This document shows, piece after piece, positions 8,032 to 16,628 of a stretch of DNA of 35,917 bases; the stretch's first letter is position 1, and each line of letters opens with the position of its first letter. The notes under the pieces are model-generated. The model was not told the DNA's origin, ran no database searches, and saw only the letters and a list, made by a program, of their open reading frames with translations. A program made the position numbers and the translations under genes. The stretch is from the IMG/VR virus record IMGVR_UViG_3300032224_000176, positions 1-35,917 of that record. One strand, 5' to 3'. This stretch comes from a virus (lineage: Duplodnaviria > Caudoviricetes).

Positions 8032-8258
8032 CTGACTGGACAGCAGAAGAAGACGAAGCCTTTAACGAGGTGGAGAAGAACAGCAACTTGGGTAAGCAGA
8101 TACTTAAAGACATGGGACAACCCTACCACTGGGAGCCCGATGCCATCAAAGCCGCTGTGCTGATTGAGCGTGAGGCGTGTGCAAGGTTGTGTGAGGACAG
8201 TGTGGAATACGCTGGCGATACTTTGGCTGAAGCTATCCGAGCAAGGGGAAACACATGA
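8028..8258 (+). CDS. hypothetical protein (EREACA...AIRARG type)
   Basis: GAGG RBS, ATGA coupling. Confidence 0.75.
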   Translation: MTDWTAEEDEAFNEVEKNSNLGKQILKDMGQPYHWEPDAIKAAVLIEREACARLCEDSVEYAGDTLAEAIRARGNT

Positions 8259-8467
8259 CACAAGAAGAGGTAATGCAAATCATGACCGACATGGGTTTAC
8301 ATGAAGGCGGTATGGATAACTGGGTTGCTGATAACGCTTGGTGGAAGTTTGCCAATCTGGTAGCACAGCATGAGCGCGAGAAGTTCTGTGCGGTACTGCG
8401 GCAGTTACACGATTCATATTCATTGGCAAGCAATTCAAACGCCATCCAAGCAAGGGGAAAAACATGA
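8255..8467 (+). CDS. hypothetical protein
   Basis: ATGA coupling; C-terminus AIQARGKT resembles the previous ORF. Confidence 0.75.
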   Translation: MTQEEVMQIMTDMGLHEGGMDNWVADNAWWKFANLVAQHEREKFCAVLRQLHDSYSLASNSNAIQARGKT

Positions 8468-8781
8468 TTATCAAACGCAATATGGCAATCGACAGCCTGA
8501 CGCGAGTATGCGAGGAAAGTCTAGCGCTCATCAAGCAATTGATTGACGCTGACAATGAAACCTACGGGCAAGGATATGAGGATGGCATGGCGGCTCAGGC
8601 TAAAGTGCAACAGACGCTTAGGCCGTGGGTAGAACTGACTGATGCGGAAATGCTTGAATGTTTGAAATCCGTTGACGTTGTTACTGCGGTCAGCTTGTTA
8701 ATGAGTCAATATGAAATGCCTCCGACATTTAAAGTTTTTGCCGAAGCCATTCAAGCCAAACTCAAGGAGAAGAACACGTGA
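8464..8781 (+). CDS. hypothetical protein
   Basis: ATGA coupling; C-terminal WVELTDAE...FAEAIQAKLKEKN module. Confidence 0.75.
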   Translation: MIIKRNMAIDSLTRVCEESLALIKQLIDADNETYGQGYEDGMAAQAKVQQTLRPWVELTDAEMLECLKSVDVVTAVSLLMSQYEMPPTFKVFAEAIQAKLKEKNT

Positions 8782-9017
8782 TTAAGTACGACGGGTACGA
8801 CGAAGCAATCATTGGACCGGCGTTTATTTGGCGTGACAGTACCCACGTATCTGTATTAGTATATGACGCGGAGAAAATACGAGATATTCTTATGGAGCGT
8901 GACGGCATGTTGCCCGAGGACGCACGTGAGTTTATTGAATTCAACATTGAAGGCGGCTACCTAGGGATTGAAACCCCTGTGCTAGTTTGGCCTAAAGATA
9001 TATGGGATGAGTCATGA
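8778..9017 (+). CDS. hypothetical phage protein
   Basis: GTG start with AAGGAG RBS; DGYDEAIIG...EFIEFNIEGGYLG. Confidence 0.75.
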   Translation: MIKYDGYDEAIIGPAFIWRDSTHVSVLVYDAEKIRDILMERDGMLPEDAREFIEFNIEGGYLGIETPVLVWPKDIWDES

Positions 9018-9676
9018 GTATTGTTTGGTCATTCAGTAGCCTGAAAACATTTCAGCAATGCCCTAAAAAGTATTATCACACCAAGATAGCAAAGGACGTT
9101 GTTGAACCGGATACACAGGCAACACTGTATGGCAAGCTAGCTCACACTGTGGCGGAGGAATACATTCGTGATGGAACGCCGATCCCCGAACAGTTTGCGT
9201 ATATGCAAGGACTCTTAGACATATTAAAAAACATCCCCGGAGAAAAGTTATGCGAAGTCAAACTTGGGTTGACGAAGAATTTAGAGTCGTGCGACTTCGA
9301 TGCTCCGAATGTATGGTGGCATGGGGTAGCGGATTTAGTGATTATCAATCCGACTACGGGAACGGCACACTCCATAGACTACAAGACCAGCAAGAGTGCG
9401 AGATATGCGGACGTGAAGCAACTCGATCTTGTCGCTTGTGGATTATTCGCCAAGTTTCCGGAAATTCAAAAGGTGAAGTCGGCACTCTTATTTGTAGTCA
9501 GCAAGGAATTCGTGAGGGCAATTCACCATTCAGAGATGATGCAAAAGTACATCGAAAAACCCGCACAAGACGTAGCAAGAATTGAAGCGGCGTTAAAGAA
9601 CGGGGTGTGGAATCCCATCCAAGGACCACTGTGCAAGTTCTGCTCAGTAAAACAATGTGAGTACAACAGGAATTAA
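9014..9676 (+). CDS. Cas4/RecB-like PD-(D/E)XK exonuclease
   Basis: N-terminal SSLKTFQQCP; ADL...IDYKT; QL motif; C-terminal CKFCSVKQC (four-Cys arrangement). Confidence 0.85.
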   Translation: MSIVWSFSSLKTFQQCPKKYYHTKIAKDVVEPDTQATLYGKLAHTVAEEYIRDGTPIPEQFAYMQGLLDILKNIPGEKLCEVKLGLTKNLESCDFDAPNVWWHGVADLVIINPTTGTAHSIDYKTSKSARYADVKQLDLVACGLFAKFPEIQKVKSALLFVVSKEFVRAIHHSEMMQKYIEKPAQDVARIEAALKNGVWNPIQGPLCKFCSVKQCEYNRN

Positions 9677-9677
9677 T

Positions 9678-10094
9678 ATGCGCCCAATCTACGAAACAAA
9701 TCAAGACAAAATGCGTGAGAGGGAAGTCCACGCCTATCTAATGGATACTTTAGATTGCGATTTTGTACAAACCGACACGCTTGAAAACATTGATGGATTC
9801 ATTTGCTATAAGGATGGTAAACCTGCGGCGGCAGTTGAAATCAAAACTCGGAAGAACGCAAGTGACAAGTACCCCACGTACATGCTTAGTGCAAACAAAT
9901 GGCGCAACGGCTTAACCATAGCAGAAGAATACAAAATACCATTTGTCTTAATAGTTAGGTTTACTGATGGCATATTTGCCGTAAGTTTGGGAAAATCGTA
10001 CAAGCCAAGCCAAGGTGGAAGATATGACCGAGGCGACGCTAAAGATATTGAAGAGTGCATCTACATACCCATGGAAAAGTTCCACAAAATTTAG
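9678..10094 (+). CDS. putative PD-(D/E)XK endonuclease
   Basis: IDG...AVEIKTR catalytic pattern; ATG 9678 preferred over track start 9657. Confidence 0.6.
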   Translation: MRPIYETNQDKMREREVHAYLMDTLDCDFVQTDTLENIDGFICYKDGKPAAAVEIKTRKNASDKYPTYMLSANKWRNGLTIAEEYKIPFVLIVRFTDGIFAVSLGKSYKPSQGGRYDRGDAKDIEECIYIPMEKFHKI

Positions 10095-10102
10095 GAGTCA
10101 AC

Positions 10103-10417
10103 ATGCCCTACGTTAACAAACCCCGCCCTTATAAAAAAGAATATGAACAGCAGATTGCAAGAGGAGAAGCCGATGAACGGCTTGAACGACAACGCGCACG
10201 TGAGTCAATTGACAAGAAGAGTGCCGACCGGAACAAAGACGGACGTGCTGACGTCCGCGAAGGCAAAGATGTTGCTCATATCAAGGCACTATCTAAAGGT
10301 GGCTCCAATAAAGATGGAGTCAAACTTCAAGCCCCATCAGCAAATCGTTCTTTCAAGCGCGGCTCAAACCATAAGGTCGTATCCGAAGTAAGCGCCAAAG
10401 AACGTAAAAGAAAATGA
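10103..10417 (+). CDS. HNH-like endonuclease
   Basis: GKDVAHIKALSKGGSN...SANRS; AGGAG RBS before ATG 10103. Confidence 0.7.
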   Translation: MPYVNKPRPYKKEYEQQIARGEADERLERQRARESIDKKSADRNKDGRADVREGKDVAHIKALSKGGSNKDGVKLQAPSANRSFKRGSNHKVVSEVSAKERKRK

Positions 10418-11817
10418 ACCTATCAGAGTACACGTGGCCTCGCCCGCCGGGGTTCACCCCGTTCGATCATCAGAAGACAACAGCAGAGTTCTTGACCGGT
10501 AATCCGAAAGCATTCTGCTTCAACGAGCAAGGTACAGGTAAGACGGCATCAGTTATTTGGGCTGTCGACTACCTCATGACTGTTGGGTTGATTAAGCGTG
10601 TATTAGTGATCTGCCCCCTGTCAATTATGAAGTCGGCATGGCAAAACGATTTGTTTAAATTTGCGATCCACAGAACAGTTGCAGTTGCTTACGGAGCCGC
10701 AATGAAGCGCAAAGAAATTATCAAGGGCGGCGCTGAGTTTGTCATCATTAACTTTGATGGCGTCGGCATAGTTAAAAAAGAAATCATGGAAGGTGGGTTT
10801 GACCTTATCGTAGTGGATGAGGCTTCAGCCTACAAGAACGCGCAGACCGAGCGTTGGAAAGACTTGCGTGATTTGTCTCGCGTTATCAAGGGTCTGTGGA
10901 TGTTGACAGGTACGCCTGCCGCCCAATCTCCTGTAGATGCTTACGGATTAGCAAAGCTTGTGAACCCCAAAAGTGTGTCGCCTTTCTTTGGTCAGTTCCG
11001 AGACACAGTGATGATGAAGCTGACCATGTACAAGTGGATACCGAAGCCGACTGCAGAGTTAATCGTGCATAAAGCGTTGCAACCTGCGATCAGGTTTGAG
11101 AAAGCCGACTGCCTCGATTTACCGCCGATTACATTTGTTGAGCGAGATGCACCACTGACACCGCAGCAGTTAAAGTTCTACAACATACTAAAGAAGCAGA
11201 TGCTGATTGAAGCAGCTGGGGAAGAGATATCAGCAGTCAACGCTGCCGTTCAAATTAACAAACTCTTGCAAATAGCTGGAGGTGCGGTGTATACGGATAC
11301 AAGCGAAGTAGTTGAGTTTGACGTAAGCAGTCGGCTTAACGTGGTGCAAGAGGTGATTGAAGAGTCGAGCCACAAGGTGCTTGTGTTTGTTCCGTTCACG
11401 CACACCATTGAGTTGCTTGAGAAGCACCTAACCAAGAACAACATTACGTGTGAAGTTATCAACGGCTCGGTCTCGGTGAACAAGCGTGCCGACATTGTCA
11501 AAAAGTTTCAAGAACAAACGGAACCAAAAGTATTACTCATACAACCAAAGGCCGCATCCCACGGGTTAACACTAACCGCCGCCAACACAATTATTTGGTA
11601 TGCTCCCTGCACTAGCGTTGAAACGTACCTACAAGCAAACGCTCGTATTGATAGACCGGGGCAAGTCAACAACATGACCATCGTACACATCAAGGGTAGC
11701 CCAATCGAATCCCGCATGTACTCGATGCTTCGGAACAACATTGACAACCACCAAAAAGTAATTGATCTGTATCGTCAAGAAATTTCTTCGGAAACTATTG
11801 ACAATGTAAAAAGTTAG
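10414..11817 (+). CDS. SNF2-family (SF2) DNA helicase
   Basis: QGTGKT, VVDEAS, LTGTP, HGLTLT and QANARIDRPGQ motifs. Confidence 0.92.
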   Translation: MNLSEYTWPRPPGFTPFDHQKTTAEFLTGNPKAFCFNEQGTGKTASVIWAVDYLMTVGLIKRVLVICPLSIMKSAWQNDLFKFAIHRTVAVAYGAAMKRKEIIKGGAEFVIINFDGVGIVKKEIMEGGFDLIVVDEASAYKNAQTERWKDLRDLSRVIKGLWMLTGTPAAQSPVDAYGLAKLVNPKSVSPFFGQFRDTVMMKLTMYKWIPKPTAELIVHKALQPAIRFEKADCLDLPPITFVERDAPLTPQQLKFYNILKKQMLIEAAGEEISAVNAAVQINKLLQIAGGAVYTDTSEVVEFDVSSRLNVVQEVIEESSHKVLVFVPFTHTIELLEKHLTKNNITCEVINGSVSVNKRADIVKKFQEQTEPKVLLIQPKAASHGLTLTAANTIIWYAPCTSVETYLQANARIDRPGQVNNMTIVHIKGSPIESRMYSMLRNNIDNHQKVIDLYRQEISSETIDNVKS

Positions 11818-11825
11818 AATATAAT
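11798..11825 (+). promoter_or_regulatory. consensus sigma70 promoter
   Basis: TTGACA (11798-11803), 16 nt, TATAAT (11820-11825). Confidence 0.8.
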
Positions 11826-11832
11826 TTGAATT

Positions 11833-11923
11833 GTGCGGTAGTGATGGATAACGGGTTAGCGCCGTTAGAGGACCTCCATAGTTGATGATACACACTGCTT
11901 CATGTGAACTGTCATTACCGCAC
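11833..11923 (+). ncRNA. candidate structured RNA (multi-stem junction)
   Basis: 15-bp closing helix 11833-11847/11909-11923 with three G-U pairs; inner hairpins TAACGG-GTTAGCG-CCGTTA and CACA-CTGCTTCA-TGTG; starts at the predicted TSS. Confidence 0.6.
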
Positions 11924-11948
11924 GCCTTATAACCATTAGGAGAATCAG

Positions 11949-12374
11949 ATGGACGAAGAAGTCAAGGATAGAACTACCCCCATGGACTTAGCAAAGCTAA
12001 CGTCTATCTACATCAAAATCAGAGACAGACGTGCCGAGAACAAGCGCATGTTTGAAGCTGAAGACAACGACCTCAAAGAGCAGATGGAAGTGCTAGAGGC
12101 ACAGATGCTCGATGTATGCAAAGACATGAATGCCGACAGCATTCGCACCCCACACGGCACGATTATTCGCTCAGTAAAGTCACGGTACTGGACGAACGAT
12201 TGGGATTCAATGTACGACTTCATAGAGGAGCACGGTGCATTTGGCCTGTTAGAAAAGAGACTTCATCAAACAAACATGAAAGACTTTCTCTCTGAGAATC
12301 CCACTGTTCTACCACATGGCTTAAATGTGGAGAATTCTTATTCCGTGGTAGTTAGACGTTCAAAGGAAAAATGA
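11949..12374 (+). CDS. hypothetical phage protein (coiled-coil N-terminus)
   Basis: AGGAG RBS; SIRTPHGT...DWDSMYDFI; lies in the replication module. Confidence 0.8.
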   Translation: MDEEVKDRTTPMDLAKLTSIYIKIRDRRAENKRMFEAEDNDLKEQMEVLEAQMLDVCKDMNADSIRTPHGTIIRSVKSRYWTNDWDSMYDFIEEHGAFGLLEKRLHQTNMKDFLSENPTVLPHGLNVENSYSVVVRRSKEK

Positions 12375-12375
12375 G

Positions 12376-13263
12376 ATGAGTAACCTTACCATCATCAACC
12401 TAGACCTCCCCGACTTCCTGCAAACAGCGGGCGTTAGTGAGCTTACAAAACAACTTGCCGGTAAATCCGGTGTTAAACGCATCGTGCCCAAAAACGGAAT
12501 CTTCCGTAAAACAGTCGGCGGCGAAGAGATGGGTAAAGTCAAGGGTAGCCTAAACGCTATCATTGTTAATGCCTCACCACATGTTGGTCGTATCTTCTAC
12601 GCAAAGACATGGAGCCCCGATACCGAGCCAACTGCACCCGACTGTTTTTCTAATGACGGTCGTACACCTGACGCAAGTGCAATAAACCCACAAGCCGAGC
12701 GTTGCGACAACTGCCAACAGAACATCAAAGGTTCAGGCATGGGCAACTCAAAGTCCTGCCGCTACTCACGCCGTATTGCGCTTGTGTTGGAAGAAGATTT
12801 TGGTACTTCACTGCAAGGTGAGGTCTATCAGATGAACTTGGCATCCAAGTCACTGTTTGGTGAGGGCACAGGGGAAAACACCCATACGTTTGAAAACTAC
12901 TCTAAGTACTTGAGCAACAACGGCAAGAGCTTGGACTACGTCATCACACAGATCAGCTTCAACGAAGAGAACGACAACCAGTCCGTTCTGTTTACGCCGA
13001 CTGGCTACATTAACAAAGCACAGTACGCTGTGACTAGCGAAGTAGCTAAAAAGCCCGAAGTGCTGAAGATGGTAGTTATGACACCATACCAAGCTGACAT
13101 GGCAGGTAAGCCCAAGTTGGAAGCACCTGCACCTAAAGCCGCCGCGCCAAAGGATGAGTCTCCTATTGAAGAGCCAACCAAACGTGAAAAGAAAGCCGAG
13201 CCGAAGCCGACTGTCAAGAAAGATCTTGACTCCGTGGTGAAAGCTTGGAGCGACGAGGATTAA
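12376..13263 (+). CDS. putative single-stranded DNA-binding/annealing protein
   Basis: beta-rich core, Pro/Lys/Glu linker and acidic tail WSDED; replication-module context. Confidence 0.5.
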   Translation: MSNLTIINLDLPDFLQTAGVSELTKQLAGKSGVKRIVPKNGIFRKTVGGEEMGKVKGSLNAIIVNASPHVGRIFYAKTWSPDTEPTAPDCFSNDGRTPDASAINPQAERCDNCQQNIKGSGMGNSKSCRYSRRIALVLEEDFGTSLQGEVYQMNLASKSLFGEGTGENTHTFENYSKYLSNNGKSLDYVITQISFNEENDNQSVLFTPTGYINKAQYAVTSEVAKKPEVLKMVVMTPYQADMAGKPKLEAPAPKAAAPKDESPIEEPTKREKKAEPKPTVKKDLDSVVKAWSDED

Positions 13264-13265
13264 AT

Positions 13266-13514
13266 ATGTCTTATGGTTATAGCCAAAGCTTGGTGTACGC
13301 AAATAGAAAAGCAAGCATCAAGTCTTTGGGTGTAGCCTTGGGTCGAGTATGTATCCGTGCAAACATTAGTGTTAGCGACGTTGCAGAGTTCTTCGGGGTA
13401 ACTCGGATGACTATCTACAATTGGTTCAAGGGGGATTCTGTCCCCCATTCTAGCTACGCTGAAGCTATCAACGACTACATCGCTCACACCAAAGCTACTC
13501 TTGAAACAAATTAA
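13266..13514 (+). CDS. Cro/XRE-like HTH DNA-binding protein
   Basis: SVSDVAEFFGVTRMTIYNWFKG; GAGG RBS before ATG 13266. Confidence 0.8.
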   Translation: MSYGYSQSLVYANRKASIKSLGVALGRVCIRANISVSDVAEFFGVTRMTIYNWFKGDSVPHSSYAEAINDYIAHTKATLETN

Positions 13515-13516
13515 AA

Positions 13517-16369
13517 ATGTCAACCTTCGATCTACTTGATACGGTACTGCCACCGGAAGGGCGCTACTGTGTGATGGGGATTGGTAGGTATCCCGACCAG
13601 AAGTTTGTAGATACTAAGGAACAAGTTGAAGAGCTAGCGCAGCAGTTTGTTGAACGGAAAATTGACGTATTCTTTGGGTGCGCCAAGTACGGTCCGCTAA
13701 ACAATCGTACGCATGAGAACGCCAAATACTTCCGTACTTTATGGATGGACATTGATTGTGGTCCAACCAAAGGTGTACCCGACGAAAAAGGCATTATCAA
13801 AGGCTACCTCGATCAGCAAATTGGACTCGATGAGTTCAAGAAGTTCTGCTCTGCGGTCGGCTTACCAAAGCCAATCTTAGTCAGTTCCGGTTACGGCATT
13901 CATGCGTACTGGTTACTGGAAGAAACAGTGTCTCGCACCGAGTGGGAGCCACTAGCCAATCGGCTTCGTGAATTGTGTGTTGAGCAAGGGTTAATTGTGG
14001 ACTCCTCAGTCTTTGAGGCTTCACGTATCCTGCGCATCCCCGGCACATTTAATTTTAAACAAGAAGAGCCTAAAGAGGTGACGGTGCTAAACCCACTGAC
14101 GCCTCGCATGAAATACCAAGAGTTGAAAGACTTGCTTGGTGCGCCTGACCCGAAGGACGATGTACCCGATTTCATTCCGCGCTCTATGAGCCCGATGATG
14201 GAAGCATTGATGGGCAACAGAGTTAAGCGGTTTAAGACAATCATGATGAAGGCCGAGGATGGGTGCGCCCAACTCAACCACTGCTTTGCTAATCAAAATA
14301 GCATTGAAGAACCATTGTGGCGGTCCGCTCTTTCTATTGCAGCTTTTTGCGTAGATGGTGACAAGGCCGCACATAAACTATCGAGCGAACACGAAGCCTA
14401 TGACCCCGTAGAAGTTGACAAAAAAGTTAACAACCTACGCAAGAAAGGTGGGCCTCATCACTGCTCGACATTTGAAAAACTCAATCCGCAAGGATGTCAG
14501 GGGTGTCCTCATAAGGGCAAAATAAAATCACCCATTATGCTCGGTGTTGAGATTGAGGAAGCCGACGCAGAAGACAACGAGTACGCCGTTGAGAACAACG
14601 ATGGCACAGTTAAATTACAACAGATACCCGAGTATCCGTTTCCGTTTTTCCGGGGCAAAAATGGTGGAGTCTACATTCGCCCTGAAAGCGAAGACGCCGA
14701 AGCCGAGCCCAAACTTGTTTACGAGCATGATTTCTATGTGGTCAAACGCATGCGTGACCCTGAGATTGGCGAAGTAGCTTTGTTTCGTTTGCATCTACCG
14801 CACGACGGTGTACGAGAGTTCAGCATATCCACGATGTCTATCTCCTCACCCGATGAGTTACGCAAACAGTTAGCGCATAACGGCGTTGTAGCCCATAAAG
14901 CACAGTACGAATTACTGGCACGATTTGTTGTTTTCTTTATTAAAAATTTACAGTACGTAAGAAAGGCAGAGACCATGAGAACTCAGTTTGGTTGGGTCGA
15001 GGGGGACAGTAAGTTCATTCTTGGCGACAGAGAGATTACAAAAGACGGGATTTTCTATAGCCCACCATCAAGTATTACCAAAGATGTGGCTGAAAAAATT
15101 GTCCCCAAAGGGTCATTTGAAAAATGGAAGGAAGTGTTTAACATGTACGCTAGACCGGGATTAGAAGGTCATGCGTTTGCCGCACTCACAGCGTTTGGTT
15201 CTCCGCTTTTAAAATTTACAGGGCTTGAAGGCGCGATCATTAACTTGATTCACCCCGAGTCAGGCTCGGGTAAGTCGACTGCATTGTTTATGTGTAACAG
15301 CGTATATGGGCAGCCCAAAGAACTCACGTCCATGTACAAGGATACGTTCAATGCAAAGATGCACCAGCTCGGCGTAATGAACAACTTGCCTAATACAGTT
15401 GACGAGATTACCAACCTTAGTGGTATGGAGTTCTCTGACATGGCGTATAGCATTTCGCAGGGGCGAGGCAAAAACAAAATGAACGGCTCGTCGAATACGT
15501 TGCGTGTTAACAATACCAAGTGGCAAGGGATTACCCTAGCTTCAGCCAACGCCAGCTTTTATGAGAAGTTAGGCGTAGCAAAGAACACACCCGACGGCGA
15601 GTCCATGCGTTTGCTTGAGTACAAGATTGAGCCCAACAACATCATCGACGTGCAAGAAGGTAAGCAGATGTTTGACCATCAACTGCGTGAGAACTATGGG
15701 CATGCAGGTGACATTTACGTCCAGTGGCTAGTTAACAATCTTGAAGAGGCTATTTCCTTGGTACGCAAAGTACAGGCTCGGCTTGACAGGGATGTACAGT
15801 TCAACCAGAAGGAGCGTTTTTGGTCTGGTGTCTCCGCATGTAATATTGCCGGTGGTTTGATTGCCGGTAACTTGGGTCTGCACGACTACGACATGAAGGA
15901 AATCTACGACTGGCTCAAGGGTATGCTGAATGAAATGCGTTTTGAAATCCAAGCGCCAACCTCAACCCCAGTAACAATCCTTGGTGAATTTGTTAACGCC
16001 CACATTGTTAATGCTTTGGTAGTAAATGGTGAGGTCGATGCACGTAGTAACCTGCAGTCAATGCCTATGCTCGAGCCCCGTGGAGAGCTGCTCATACGTT
16101 ACGAGCCAGATACCAAAGAACTTTTTATTGCGGCCAAACAATTTAAGGACTTCTGCGTTAAACAACAGATCAACTACAAGACTACCCTGAAGGAATTAGG
16201 CAAAATTAAAGTTTATGTAGAGAGCGTGAACAAACGAATGTCCAAGGGCATGAAGGTTGTATCCCCCGCAGTTCGGGTGCTTAAGTTTGACGCATCGGCA
16301 TCTGAGTTTTTACAGATGGACGCTTTAGTGACAACAGATGAAGATCGAAACAGTATCGTATCAAATTGA
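13517..16369 (+). CDS. primase-helicase (AEP/RepB'-like primase + Cys cluster + DUF927-like region + P-loop helicase)
   Basis: WMDID, SSGYGIHAYW and RILRIPGT primase motifs; Walker A ESGSGKST, Walker B NTVDE; ENYGHAG. Confidence 0.85.
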   Translation: MSTFDLLDTVLPPEGRYCVMGIGRYPDQKFVDTKEQVEELAQQFVERKIDVFFGCAKYGPLNNRTHENAKYFRTLWMDIDCGPTKGVPDEKGIIKGYLDQQIGLDEFKKFCSAVGLPKPILVSSGYGIHAYWLLEETVSRTEWEPLANRLRELCVEQGLIVDSSVFEASRILRIPGTFNFKQEEPKEVTVLNPLTPRMKYQELKDLLGAPDPKDDVPDFIPRSMSPMMEALMGNRVKRFKTIMMKAEDGCAQLNHCFANQNSIEEPLWRSALSIAAFCVDGDKAAHKLSSEHEAYDPVEVDKKVNNLRKKGGPHHCSTFEKLNPQGCQGCPHKGKIKSPIMLGVEIEEADAEDNEYAVENNDGTVKLQQIPEYPFPFFRGKNGGVYIRPESEDAEAEPKLVYEHDFYVVKRMRDPEIGEVALFRLHLPHDGVREFSISTMSISSPDELRKQLAHNGVVAHKAQYELLARFVVFFIKNLQYVRKAETMRTQFGWVEGDSKFILGDREITKDGIFYSPPSSITKDVAEKIVPKGSFEKWKEVFNMYARPGLEGHAFAALTAFGSPLLKFTGLEGAIINLIHPESGSGKSTALFMCNSVYGQPKELTSMYKDTFNAKMHQLGVMNNLPNTVDEITNLSGMEFSDMAYSISQGRGKNKMNGSSNTLRVNNTKWQGITLASANASFYEKLGVAKNTPDGESMRLLEYKIEPNNIIDVQEGKQMFDHQLRENYGHAGDIYVQWLVNNLEEAISLVRKVQARLDRDVQFNQKERFWSGVSACNIAGGLIAGNLGLHDYDMKEIYDWLKGMLNEMRFEIQAPTSTPVTILGEFVNAHIVNALVVNGEVDARSNLQSMPMLEPRGELLIRYEPDTKELFIAAKQFKDFCVKQQINYKTTLKELGKIKVYVESVNKRMSKGMKVVSPAVRVLKFDASASEFLQMDALVTTDEDRNSIVSN

Positions 16370-16532
16370 CTGGTCTAAGTTTAGGCGCGGTTATTCTTTC
16401 TTTGTACCCTGCATTGACGAGAAGGCCGCGCGTAAAGAAATTGCGGCAGTAAGTAAGCGGCTAAAAATGGAAGTGATTACAAAAATAGTTATTGAAGCAG
16501 GAATTAAAGGCTTGCGGGTATGGAGAGTCTAG
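16338..16532 (+). CDS. hypothetical protein (64 aa)
   Basis: IDWSKFRRGYSFFVP...GLRVWRV; last gene of the + arm. Confidence 0.7.
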   Translation: MKIETVSYQIDWSKFRRGYSFFVPCIDEKAARKEIAAVSKRLKMEVITKIVIEAGIKGLRVWRV

Positions 16533-16540
16533 GCTACACT
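16512..16540 (+). promoter_or_regulatory. possible sigma70 promoter of a small RNA
   Basis: TTGCGG, 17 nt, TACACT. Confidence 0.4.
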
Positions 16541-16545
16541 ACGTG

Positions 16546-16628
16546 CGTTGGCTATGCAGTTGCCGACTGTTGAGTTTTGAATTTCCAAATTTCTCCTTTT
16601 ACCCCCGGCTAATCACCGGGGGTTTTTT
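16546..16628 (+). ncRNA. candidate sRNA with anti-Shine-Dalgarno tract
   Basis: 5' hairpin GTTGGC...GCCGAC, pyrimidine tract TTTCTCCTTTT, then an intrinsic terminator. Confidence 0.4.
16601..16628 (+). terminator. rho-independent terminator at the convergence point
   Basis: ACCCCCGG-CTAATCA-CCGGGGGT followed by a T-run; overlaps the stop codon of the giant - strand gene. Confidence 0.85.

Noticed and set aside
9014-9676. Cas4 as evidence of a CRISPR-Cas system
   Set aside because: No cas1/cas2 or array; stand-alone Cas4-like nucleases are ordinary parts of phage replication modules.
11833-11923. tRNA gene
   Set aside because: Closing stem is 15 bp; there is no TTCRA T-loop, no canonical anticodon arm and no CCA end.
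16601-16628. Bidirectional terminator
   Set aside because: On the - strand the hairpin is followed by AAAAGG rather than a U-tract, so only + strand termination is supported.
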